From positions 35,012-99,011 of the forward strand of contig JBBDMM010000006.1 in assembly GCA_040878325.1 (NCBI GenBank): DNA of 64,000 nt, in the 5' to 3' direction. Source of the stretch: Acidimicrobiia bacterium. Its GTDB lineage: Bacteria; Actinomycetota; Acidimicrobiia; Spongiisociales; UBA11373. This document shows positions 28,044 to 36,177 of the stretch, in pieces. The position numbers and the translations under genes were made by a program. Below the pieces are notes generated by a model. That model was not told the origin of the DNA. It saw only the letters and a program-made list of their open reading frames with translations, and did not search any database. Positions within the stretch are counted from its first letter, which is position 1. The number at the start of each line of letters is the position of its first letter.

Positions 28044-28820
28044 ATGACGACGCCAGGTTCCGGAGCCACCGCCGATTCGTCCCGCCATCCCCTGCTCTTT
28101 GTGCACGGTGCCTGGCATGGGGAGTGGTGCTGGAAGCGACATTTCGTACCCTGGTTCGCCGAGCGCGGGTGGGCCTGCCACTCGCTCGACTTCCGCCACC
28201 ATGGGGCAGCCGGGGGTCCCGGCAGTCTCCGGCGCAGCCGGATCAAGCACTATGTCGACGATCTCGCTTCCGCCGTCGACGGCTTCGACCGCTCACCGAT
28301 ACTCGTCGCCCACTCGATGGGAGGCCTGGTGGCGCAGCGACTGCTCGAGAGTCGACTGCTGCCCGGAGCGGTGCTGCTCGCCACCGTTCCGGTCGGCGGC
28401 GTGTGGCGGGCGACGGGCCGGACGATCCGGCGACACCCGCTCAAATTCCTCGAGGCAAACCTTCGGCTCGACCTCGGTCCGCTGGTCGACTCGACCCGCA
28501 TGGCCCGATCGATGCTTTATGACCCCGACATCGCGCTCGCCGAGGTGGAACGACTTCAGCCGATGCTCCAGAGCGAGTCATATCTCGCCTACCTCGACAT
28601 GCTGTTAGTCACCCGGCCCCGGCCGCCGCTGGTGCACACGCCCGTCGCCCTGATCGTCGGCGACCAGGATCGCCTCTTCTCCGTGCGCGCCACCGAGCGA
28701 ACGGCGAGGGCGTACGGCACCGAGGCGACCGTGATACCCGGTGCGGGCCACGATCTGATGCTCGGCCCGAGGTGGGAGCAGGCGGCAGCCGCGGTGCTGT
28801 TCGCAGCCGAGGACTTCTGA
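28044..28820 (+). CDS. alpha/beta hydrolase
   Basis: LLFVHGAWHG, nucleophile elbow AHSMGG, C-terminal GAGHDLML. Confidence 0.75.
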   Translation: MTTPGSGATADSSRHPLLFVHGAWHGEWCWKRHFVPWFAERGWACHSLDFRHHGAAGGPGSLRRSRIKHYVDDLASAVDGFDRSPILVAHSMGGLVAQRLLESRLLPGAVLLATVPVGGVWRATGRTIRRHPLKFLEANLRLDLGPLVDSTRMARSMLYDPDIALAEVERLQPMLQSESYLAYLDMLLVTRPRPPLVHTPVALIVGDQDRLFSVRATERTARAYGTEATVIPGAGHDLMLGPRWEQAAAAVLFAAEDF

Positions 28821-28824
28821 CGGC

Positions 28825-29985
28825 CTAACGGTTCGCCCGGGCGCGCTCCCAGATCCGCTCGAGTGCTTCGGCCGAGGCATCCCACCCGAAGTGCTCCTCG
28901 ACGAACAGCCGCGCCCGCTCGGCCATCAGCCGCGCCTCGGCGGGATCATCGATGAGGGCAAGGGCCGCCGCAGCGATCGCCGTTGCGTCCTCGCCCACGA
29001 GCAGGTGGGTGCCGGGGACCGCCCCCACCGCCTCCGCCGCTCGCGGGGTGGTCACCACGGGGGTTCCGACCGCCATCGCCTCGAGCACCTTGTTCTGCAT
29101 CCCGGTGCCGGCGCGCATCGGGACGATCGCCACCCCCGCCCGGGCGACGATCGCTCCGAGGTCTTCAGGGCCTGGAATCAGGGCCACCCCTGGAGCCTGA
29201 GCCAGCCGCTTGATCGCATTCGAGGGACGGGCGCCGGCGAGGACGAGACTGGCGGTGGGGATGGTGCGGCGGAGGACGGGCAGCACCTCGGTGGCGGCGA
29301 TTCGGGCGGCGTCCACATTGGGGAAGTACCCGAGGTTCCCCGCAAACACCAGGGTGTACGGGTCGCGACCTTCAGCCCGGAACGAAAAGTGTTCTAGATC
29401 GACGCCGTTGGGGATGACCTCCACCCGGTCCCCCAGGGCGGTGGCGTCGGCTGCAGTGGCGGCGACCACCGACACCCCCCGGCGCATCAAGCCGCTCTCG
29501 TATAGGAAGACGCGCCGCGCCTCCCACCGGGCCGCCAGACCGCGGACGCCACGATCATGATCGGCACGGCGGTGGAGATTCACCGACATTGCATCGATCA
29601 GATCGACCACCACCGGGGGCCCTGCTTCCGGGAGCAGCGGAGCCGTCCTGATCAGCTGAGTATGGATGAGGTCGACTGAGCCGCCCAGCTGCTCGATCCG
29701 CCGCCGCGCTGCCCTCCCGGTGTACGGAAGCGACTGTGCGGGACGTCGGTCCAGCGGCGCCCGGCCCATCCGGGCGACGGCTCCCGAAGACGACATCGGC
29801 ACCACCTCGAGCCTCACCCCCAGGCCTTCCACCTTCGCTCGATCGGCAGGCGACGGCACCCGGCCGACAAGGCAAACGGTTATGTCGTGGCGGGGTGCCA
29901 GCTGGCGCAATTGGTGATAGGCCCGCACCTGATCGCCCCGCCACGGCGGGTAGGGGAGCCGGCTGACCACGAAGAGAACACGCAC
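28825..29985 (-). CDS. family 4 glycosyltransferase (GT-B)
   Basis: MRVLFVVSRLPYPPWRGDQVR N-terminus. C-terminal EX7E-like region. About 386 aa. Confidence 0.8.
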   Translation of the reverse strand: MRVLFVVSRLPYPPWRGDQVRAYHQLRQLAPRHDITVCLVGRVPSPADRAKVEGLGVRLEVVPMSSSGAVARMGRAPLDRRPAQSLPYTGRAARRRIEQLGGSVDLIHTQLIRTAPLLPEAGPPVVVDLIDAMSVNLHRRADHDRGVRGLAARWEARRVFLYESGLMRRGVSVVAATAADATALGDRVEVIPNGVDLEHFSFRAEGRDPYTLVFAGNLGYFPNVDAARIAATEVLPVLRRTIPTASLVLAGARPSNAIKRLAQAPGVALIPGPEDLGAIVARAGVAIVPMRAGTGMQNKVLEAMAVGTPVVTTPRAAEAVGAVPGTHLLVGEDATAIAAAALALIDDPAEARLMAERARLFVEEHFGWDASAEALERIWERARANR

Positions 29986-30006
29986 ATCCAGAGGTTACGG
30001 TCGGCG

Positions 30007-31011
30007 TCAGGCCAAACCGAGGGCGGGGATGACCTCGCGGCCGTAGGCATCGAGGGTGGCTTCCTTGGCGTCGTGCATCAGGTAGATGGCGAACTGGTCG
30101 ACGCCTAGGTCGCGCAGCTCCTCCATCCGGGCGATGTGATGTTCGACCGGTCCGAGGATGCAGAAGCGGTCGACCACCTCGTCGGGGACGAAGTCGGTGT
30201 AGGGATTGCCCGCCTTGCCGTGGTGGTCGTAGTCGTACCCCTGACGCGCGGCGATGTAGTCGGACAGTGCCGCCGGGACCATCGTCGAATCGGACCCGTA
30301 GCGAGAGACCAGGTCGGCAACATGGTTCCCGACCATCCCCCCGAACCATCTGACTTGATCGCGCTGGTGGGCGATGTCGTCGCCGACATACGCCGGGGCG
30401 GCCACGCAGATCTTGACGGCCTCGGGATCGCGGCCGGCCTTCCGGGCGGCATCCTTGACGAACTTGGTCGTCCACTCCACCAGATAGGGATCGGCCAGCT
30501 GGAGGATGAATCCATCGCACTCCTCCCCGATCAGGGTGAGCGCCTTGGGCCCATAGCCGGCGCCCCACATGGGGAGGTGCCACCCCTCAGCCCACGGGAT
30601 TCGCAGCGTCTTGTCGTTGTATTCGACCTCGCCACCGGCGACCAGCTCCTTGATCACCCGCATCGACTCCGACATCGTCTGCAGGGTGGTTGGCTTTTGG
30701 TTGATGTAGCGGAGGGCCGAGTCGCCCCGCCCCATCCCGCAGATCGTGCGCGGTCCGTACATCTCGTCGAGGGTGGCGAACAGCGAGGCGATCACCGTCC
30801 AATCGCGGGTACCCGGATTGGTCACCATCGGGCCGACGACGATTTCGGGGTTCTCGGCCAGCATCCGGCTGAAGATGACGAAGGGCTCCTGCCATAGGAC
30901 ATGGGAGTCGAACGCCCAGGCGTGGGTGAACCCACGATCGGCGGCGTACCTCGTCAGTTCGAGGACGCGGGAAGCCGGCGGATTGGTCTGCAGGACGACT
31001 CCGAAGTCCAT
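30007..31011 (-). CDS. LLM-class F420-dependent oxidoreductase (luciferase-like monooxygenase family)
   Basis: 334 aa. TIM-barrel LLM pattern collinear with F420-dependent G6PDH-family enzymes. Consistent with an actinobacterial host. Confidence 0.8.
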   Translation of the reverse strand: MDFGVVLQTNPPASRVLELTRYAADRGFTHAWAFDSHVLWQEPFVIFSRMLAENPEIVVGPMVTNPGTRDWTVIASLFATLDEMYGPRTICGMGRGDSALRYINQKPTTLQTMSESMRVIKELVAGGEVEYNDKTLRIPWAEGWHLPMWGAGYGPKALTLIGEECDGFILQLADPYLVEWTTKFVKDAARKAGRDPEAVKICVAAPAYVGDDIAHQRDQVRWFGGMVGNHVADLVSRYGSDSTMVPAALSDYIAARQGYDYDHHGKAGNPYTDFVPDEVVDRFCILGPVEHHIARMEELRDLGVDQFAIYLMHDAKEATLDAYGREVIPALGLA

Positions 31012-31118
31012 GGGTCAACCACTCCTAGGTGGAGAACGAACCTATAGGTCTAGCAAAGAACAGAAGAGCGAAGGGCGAAAGGCGAAACCCGGTCAGAGCC
31101 TTGTAGCGGGCAGCGGGC

Positions 31119-31409
31119 CTAAGTCGCTGCCTCGCGCGCCCTTACCGTTTCGCCTAGATCGGTGATGGGGCGGGTGGTGGCGTGGCCCCGGTCGACGATC
31201 GGGTCGAGGCCGGCGTTCACCTGTTCGGCCCGTTCTGCCTCGACCACCCAGAAAAACGTGTGCGAAGCGGCGTCGACCCATGATCCGACCACTCGGGCCC
31301 CGGCGGACTCCATGGCGGCGTCGACGCTCCCGAATGTGGCCGCAAGCGTGGCCGGGTCGCGGTACAGGCACCGCTCCGGAGCGTGGGTGTGGGTGATGTG
31401 AAACAGCAC
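31119..31409 (-). CDS. small hypothetical protein (start tentative, GTG)
   Basis: ORF with VLFHITHTHAPERC N-terminus. No recognised domain. Confidence 0.3.
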   Translation of the reverse strand: MLFHITHTHAPERCLYRDPATLAATFGSVDAAMESAGARVVGSWVDAASHTFFWVVEAERAEQVNAGLDPIVDRGHATTRPITDLGETVRAREAAT

Positions 31410-31419
31410 AGAAAGGAGG

Positions 31420-31445
31420 CTACCCGCTACCCGCCACCCGCTTCC
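31420..31445. repeat. (CTACCCG)x3 heptamer repeat, intergenic
   Basis: ctacccgctacccgccacccg. Confidence 0.75.
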
Positions 31446-31592
31446 GGCATGAGGCGCGGTCGCTACCGGCAAGCGATCGGGTGACTAGTCCCTCTGTGCA
31501 TCACTAGATGACCCCTCCCTGGAAGATCCTCCGCCTCGAGGCGCCGGTGGCTCGGTCGATCAATCGGGACACGAATCAAAGGGGACAACACG

Positions 31593-32159
31593 ATGAACAG
31601 CAACGGAATCAAGATCCTCGCTGCCGTGCTGGCCGTCGCCGGTGCCTCGTTCGTGACCGTACGGGCGACGGCCGCGGCGTTCTCGGACCAGACCGACAGC
31701 GCAGCCAACCAATTCGCCGCAGGCACCGTCCAGCTCAGCGACAACGATGCCGGGTCCGCCCTCTTCGACGGATCCTCTCTCTTCGTCCCCGGGGACTCAG
31801 TGGTGGGATGCATCGAGGTGACCTACTCGGGCTCGGTGGATGCCGGGGTCCGACTCTTCGGAGCCACCACCGGCGGCGACGGCCTCGAGGCCTATCTCGA
31901 TGTGACGATTGAGCGAGGCACCGGTGACTGCACCACCTTCGGCACAGCGACCGAGGTCTGGGGCGCGACGGATGGCGATCTCGCCGAATTCCTCGCCGCA
32001 GCCTTCTCATACGCATCCGGCGTCGACAGCTGGGCACCGGTCGGCGGGGGAGCCGACGACACGGTCCCCTACCGGATCACGGTTACCCAGCAAGACGACA
32101 ATGCCGCTCAGGGTCTGTCGTCCATGGTCAGCTTCACCTGGGAAGCCCAGAGCAGCTGA
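31593..32159 (+). CDS. secreted protein with SipW-cognate class signal peptide (TasA/camelysin-like small type)
   Basis: N-terminus KILAAVLAVAGASFVTVRATAAAFSDQTDSAANQFAAGTVQL matches the SipW-cognate signal consensus (...AyFsD...N.FaAGt). Mature part about 150 aa, beta-rich. Confidence 0.7.
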   Translation: MNSNGIKILAAVLAVAGASFVTVRATAAAFSDQTDSAANQFAAGTVQLSDNDAGSALFDGSSLFVPGDSVVGCIEVTYSGSVDAGVRLFGATTGGDGLEAYLDVTIERGTGDCTTFGTATEVWGATDGDLAEFLAAAFSYASGVDSWAPVGGGADDTVPYRITVTQQDDNAAQGLSSMVSFTWEAQSS

Positions 32160-32403
32160 TAAGCATCGGGAGGGGACCCGGCCCCCCCCGGGGCCCCGGG
32201 TCTCTCACCTCGGTCCGACCATGAGCAACCCGTCGATCGCGACACCGCGCCTCGATGCGACCGCCGGGCCGCTCGACCATCTGGCGTACGCCCGCAGCAC
32301 ACCGAGCTCCGCCGATCCGTTCGCCCGTGACGGAGTTCGGGTCGTTGCTGTGGGCAGGAGAGACTCCACCGCCAAACCACCCGACGACGGTCAGACCCTC
32401 GCG

Positions 32404-33990
32404 ATGAAGGTGCGCCGATCACGGGCCCCCTGGCTGTTTTACCTCGGGATGCTGGTGGCGGCATCATTCGTCTACTTCGTGCTCGCCACCGCGTTCGTTT
32501 CCCGCGCCATCCCGCTGCTGGCAGGGTGGGACACCTCTGCGATCATCAGCGGGTCGATGGCCCCCTCGCTGCTGCCCGGCGACATCGTGGCGTTCAAGCG
32601 CTACGACGGCTCCCCCCTCCATCCCGGCACGATCATCTCGTTCGACGACCCCTCCCGGCCCGGAACGCTCACGGCACATCGGATCGTTTCCGCCGCGCCG
32701 GACGGCTCCTTCATCACCAAGGGCGATGCCAACGCCGCGCCGGATTCCAGCCCGGTCCGCGCCGAGATGGTTCGCGGGGTGGCCCGACTCGTAGCGCCCA
32801 ATGGAGCCTTGCCGTTGTATTGGTGGAGGACCCACCAACTGAGCCCCCTGCTCGGGTTCGCCACCACCACGCTCGCCGCAATCTTCGTACTCAATCTGCG
32901 AGACCCGGCAGAACGGCGTCTGCTGCGCCGGCCCGGTCGTCAGGCCCGGTCGCGCCTGGCCCGGGCGGTCATCGTGGTCCCGACGGTCGGTGTGGTGGCC
33001 ACCCTGGCACTCGTTGGAGTGACGCTCGCATCGTTCGGCGACCTGGCGGACAACTCCACCAACGCGTTCGCCGCGGCCTCTTCGTTCGGCCCCGAGCCGC
33101 CCTCGAGCCTCATGGCCACGCCCATGTGTGCGCCGGACACGATCATCTTCTTGGCGTCGGCGAGCAACGGAGGCGACGCGGCGTCGGTGTCACTCGGCCG
33201 GCCAACCGGAGTGGCGGTGGGCGACGTCCTCATCGCTGCGTTCCTGACCCGGAACGTGACCACGGTCAATCAGGCGCCAGCTGGTTGGTCGCTCCTCACG
33301 ACCATCGGTTCGATGCGGGTGTACCACCGGATTGCTGGCGAATCGGAGCCGATTACGTACACGTGGACGCTGGGGTCGCAACAGCGCTGGGCTGGGGGAA
33401 TCGCCGCGTACCGAGGCGCCGCCGCCAACCCGATCGACGCAGTTGCCGCCTCGTCGTCTAGCGGCACGCCGTCACTACTGGCCCCCTCGGTGACGACCTC
33501 GGTCGATCAAACGATGCTCATCGCCCTCTTCGGCAGCCACCACCGCGGGGCGATCACCGAACCCAACGGGATGACGGAGCGGTGGGACCTTTCAGACGGG
33601 GGCCAGGGCGGGCCTACCCAGGGAGTTCGTTCCGAGGCCGCCGACGAGGCGTTCGGATCGGCGGGCGCCACCGGTGGCCGGATCGCCACCGCCGGGGGCG
33701 CAGTACTCGGGTATGGCGTCCTCGTGGCGATCGCACCTGATTCGTTGGTCGCCGCGGTCGTGCTCGACTGGCTGCCCACGCCCACGGGGACGGCGGATGG
33801 GTACGCCCTCGAGCGCTGGGTCGGCGGATTCTTCGACGCAGGATGGACGGTGAACGGTGCCACCGCGACCAGCTTCTCGGACGAGACGGCGGTCGAAGGC
33901 CTGGCCTACACCTACCGGATCCGCACCATCGAGGGCACCGAGGAGTCGGCGCCGATCGAGATCGCCATCGTCCCTTCGTGCGGTGACTGA
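32404..33990 (+). CDS. SipW-type (archaeal/ER-type, Ser-His) signal peptidase I fused to a C-terminal secreted domain that carries its own SipW-cognate-type signal and an FN3-like end (alternative start 32221)
   Basis: SPase boxes SGSMAPSLLPGDIV, TAHRIV, ITKGDAN. After the second TM comes n-region RRLLRRPGRQARSRLAR, h-region AVIVVPTVGVVATLALVGVTLA, then SFGDLADNSTNAFAAAS. Single continuous ORF. Confidence 0.7.
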   Translation: MKVRRSRAPWLFYLGMLVAASFVYFVLATAFVSRAIPLLAGWDTSAIISGSMAPSLLPGDIVAFKRYDGSPLHPGTIISFDDPSRPGTLTAHRIVSAAPDGSFITKGDANAAPDSSPVRAEMVRGVARLVAPNGALPLYWWRTHQLSPLLGFATTTLAAIFVLNLRDPAERRLLRRPGRQARSRLARAVIVVPTVGVVATLALVGVTLASFGDLADNSTNAFAAASSFGPEPPSSLMATPMCAPDTIIFLASASNGGDAASVSLGRPTGVAVGDVLIAAFLTRNVTTVNQAPAGWSLLTTIGSMRVYHRIAGESEPITYTWTLGSQQRWAGGIAAYRGAAANPIDAVAASSSSGTPSLLAPSVTTSVDQTMLIALFGSHHRGAITEPNGMTERWDLSDGGQGGPTQGVRSEAADEAFGSAGATGGRIATAGGAVLGYGVLVAIAPDSLVAAVVLDWLPTPTGTADGYALERWVGGFFDAGWTVNGATATSFSDETAVEGLAYTYRIRTIEGTEESAPIEIAIVPSCGD

Positions 33991-33994
33991 CCGC

Positions 33995-34582
33995 CTACTT
34001 GTCGCTTGCCGCAAGCACCCCGGTGAGGGCGTCCCACAGGGCAACGCTCATCTCGGCGCATGCCGCCACCGCGGCGTCGGCGGATGTTCCGTCGAGCGTA
34101 TCGACGATCTCGTCGGCCTCGTGGTAGTCGGCGGCGTGGACCCGGAAGTACTCGGCCGCGTCCTCTGCTTCAACGAAGCCGTAGTGCTCGACGAGACCCT
34201 TTAGCTTCTCCTCCGAGGTGCTCGGCTGCTGCGCCTCGAATGCGTAAAGGGCGCCCCAGGCGTTGGCTGGATCGGCGAACAAGCGGCGGGCCGTGTCGAG
34301 CAGGGCCGCCACCTCCGGAAGCCGGGGCTCGCCGATCTCGGTTCCGAGCCGGCCGGCGAACACTCCCCACATCCCGGCGTGGGTGACTTCCTCGGCGGCG
34401 TGTTCGTGGTTACCCACGGTCGACCACCCCTGCGGCACCGCGGCGATGAACGCGCCGTACTCGGCCGCATAGGTCGCCAGCGCCGTGACCGGAAGCGTCC
34501 CCTCGCGCCAAGCCACATAGAACGGATGCTCGAGCAACCGATGCTCCCCGATCGCCTCTTCCAGTCGTCCCCTGATCTCCAT
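33995..34582 (-). CDS. TenA/PQQC/heme-oxygenase-like fold iron-containing redox enzyme family protein
   Basis: HPFYVAWREGTL ... AVPQGW ... is a PqqC/TenA-like helical pattern. Confidence 0.55.
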   Translation of the reverse strand: MEIRGRLEEAIGEHRLLEHPFYVAWREGTLPVTALATYAAEYGAFIAAVPQGWSTVGNHEHAAEEVTHAGMWGVFAGRLGTEIGEPRLPEVAALLDTARRLFADPANAWGALYAFEAQQPSTSEEKLKGLVEHYGFVEAEDAAEYFRVHAADYHEADEIVDTLDGTSADAAVAACAEMSVALWDALTGVLAASDK

Positions 34583-34599
34583 GCCCCCTCCTCTTCCTC

Positions 34600-34630
34600 C
34601 GTATTGCGTATCGCGCATCGCGCATCGCGG
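34600..34630. repeat. (CGTATYG)x2(CGCATCG)x2 heptamer array
   Basis: cgtattgcgtatcgcgcatcgcgcatcgcgg. Confidence 0.8.
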
Positions 34631-34648
34631 GCCGCCGCAGGCGGCCCC
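34628..34648 (-). terminator. hairpin terminator downstream of mmsA
   Basis: gggccgcc gca ggcggccc: 8-bp perfect stem. mmsA stop lies 1 nt away. Confidence 0.5.
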
Positions 34649-36136
34649 TCACTTCATCTGCGGAAAACCGAGATTCACCCCGCGGTGTTCCGGATCGGGC
34701 CACCGGGAGGTGATCACCTTCATGCGGGTATAGAAGTTGACACCCTCCATCCCGTACATCCGGGCATCCCCGAAGAGTGAATTCTTCCACCCGCCGAACG
34801 AGTGGTAGGCCATCGGCACCGGGATCGGGACATTGATCCCCACCATCCCCACCGGCACCTCGTTCTGGAACTTGCGGGCGGCGCCCCCGTCGTTGGTGAA
34901 GATGGCGACACCGTTGGCGTACGGGTTGTCGCCGATCAGCCGCATCGCCTCGTCGTACGTGTCCACCCGAACGGTCGAGAGCACCGGGCCGAAGATCTCG
35001 TCCCGATAGATGGCCATATTCGGGGTGACGTCGTCGAAGAGGGTGGGCCCGACGAAGAAGCCTTCCTGCTCTCCGATGAGGTTGCGGCCGTCGGCAATCA
35101 GGGTGGCCCCCTCGGCGACGCCCTGGTCGATGTATCCGACCACCCGGTCGCGGTGCTGAGCGGTGACCAACGGTCCCATCTCGGCGCCCTCCTCGAGCCC
35201 GGACCCGACCTTGATCTTCTCCAGCCGCTCCACCACCTTGGGCATGAGCGCGTCGGCGGCGCCGCCCACCGTCACGAGCACCGAAATCGCCATGCACCGC
35301 TCCCCGGCCGACCCGTAGGCCGCCGACACCGCGGCATCGGCTGCCAGATCCATGTCGGCATCGGGGAGGACCACCATGTGGTTCTTGGCCCCGCCGAGAG
35401 CCGCCACCCGCTTGCCGGCGGCGGTGCCGGTCTCGTAGACGTAGCGGGCGATCGGGGTCGAGCCGACGAACGAGACGGCGCCGATGTCGGGATGCTCCAG
35501 GATCCGGTCGACGGCGACCTTGTCCCCATGGACCACATTGAGGACGCCTTCGGGCAGCCCGGCCTTGGCGAAGAGTTCGGCTGCGAAGTTCGCAGCAGAA
35601 GGATCCTTCTCCGAGGGCTTGAGGATGAAGGTGTTCCCGCAGGCGATGGCGATCGGGTACATCCACATCGGGACCATGGCCGGGAAATTGAACGGCGTGA
35701 TACCGGCCACCACTCCCACCGGCTGGCGGATCGAATAGGTGTCGACCGCGGTGGACACGTTCTCGTTGAACTCACCCTTGATCAGTTGCGGGATCCCACA
35801 GGCGAACTCGACCACTTCCAGACCCCGCTGCACCTCACCCGACGCGTCAGAGAAGACCTTGCCGTGCTCGGATACGAGCAGCTTGGCGATGTCGTCTTTG
35901 TGACGCATCACCAGATCGCGGAACTCGAAGAGAATGGCGGTGCGCCGGGAGAGGGAGACGTCCTTCCACAGATTCCACGCCTGCTTGGCGGATGCCACCG
36001 CCCGGTCCACTTGCTCGACCGTCGCCAGGGCCACCTGCGCCTGCACCAGACCGGTGGCCGGGTCGTACACGTCGCCCCACCGTTCGACCTTGCCGTCGAA
36101 CTCCTTGTTGTCGATCCAGTGGGTGATCTGCCGCAT
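34649..36136 (-). CDS. mmsA: CoA-acylating methylmalonate-semialdehyde dehydrogenase
   Basis: ALDH fold with MmsA-specific N-terminus MRQITHWIDNKEFDG...; catalytic GERCMA; about 495 aa. Confidence 0.9.
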   Translation of the reverse strand: MRQITHWIDNKEFDGKVERWGDVYDPATGLVQAQVALATVEQVDRAVASAKQAWNLWKDVSLSRRTAILFEFRDLVMRHKDDIAKLLVSEHGKVFSDASGEVQRGLEVVEFACGIPQLIKGEFNENVSTAVDTYSIRQPVGVVAGITPFNFPAMVPMWMYPIAIACGNTFILKPSEKDPSAANFAAELFAKAGLPEGVLNVVHGDKVAVDRILEHPDIGAVSFVGSTPIARYVYETGTAAGKRVAALGGAKNHMVVLPDADMDLAADAAVSAAYGSAGERCMAISVLVTVGGAADALMPKVVERLEKIKVGSGLEEGAEMGPLVTAQHRDRVVGYIDQGVAEGATLIADGRNLIGEQEGFFVGPTLFDDVTPNMAIYRDEIFGPVLSTVRVDTYDEAMRLIGDNPYANGVAIFTNDGGAARKFQNEVPVGMVGINVPIPVPMAYHSFGGWKNSLFGDARMYGMEGVNFYTRMKVITSRWPDPEHRGVNLGFPQMK

Positions 36137-36177
36137 CGGGGGCCTCCAGAAGGATGAGGGTACCGGAGGCGGCGCGG

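Noticed and set aside
31463-31813. 116-aa minus-strand ORF
   Set aside because: Overlaps the strongly supported TasA-like gene on the opposite strand. No features of a real protein.
34410-36157. ORFs 34410-35666 (-), 34802-36157 (+) and 35272-35775 (-) overlapping mmsA
   Set aside because: They are alternative frames or the antisense of a high-confidence full-length MmsA. Composition is R/G/P-biased.
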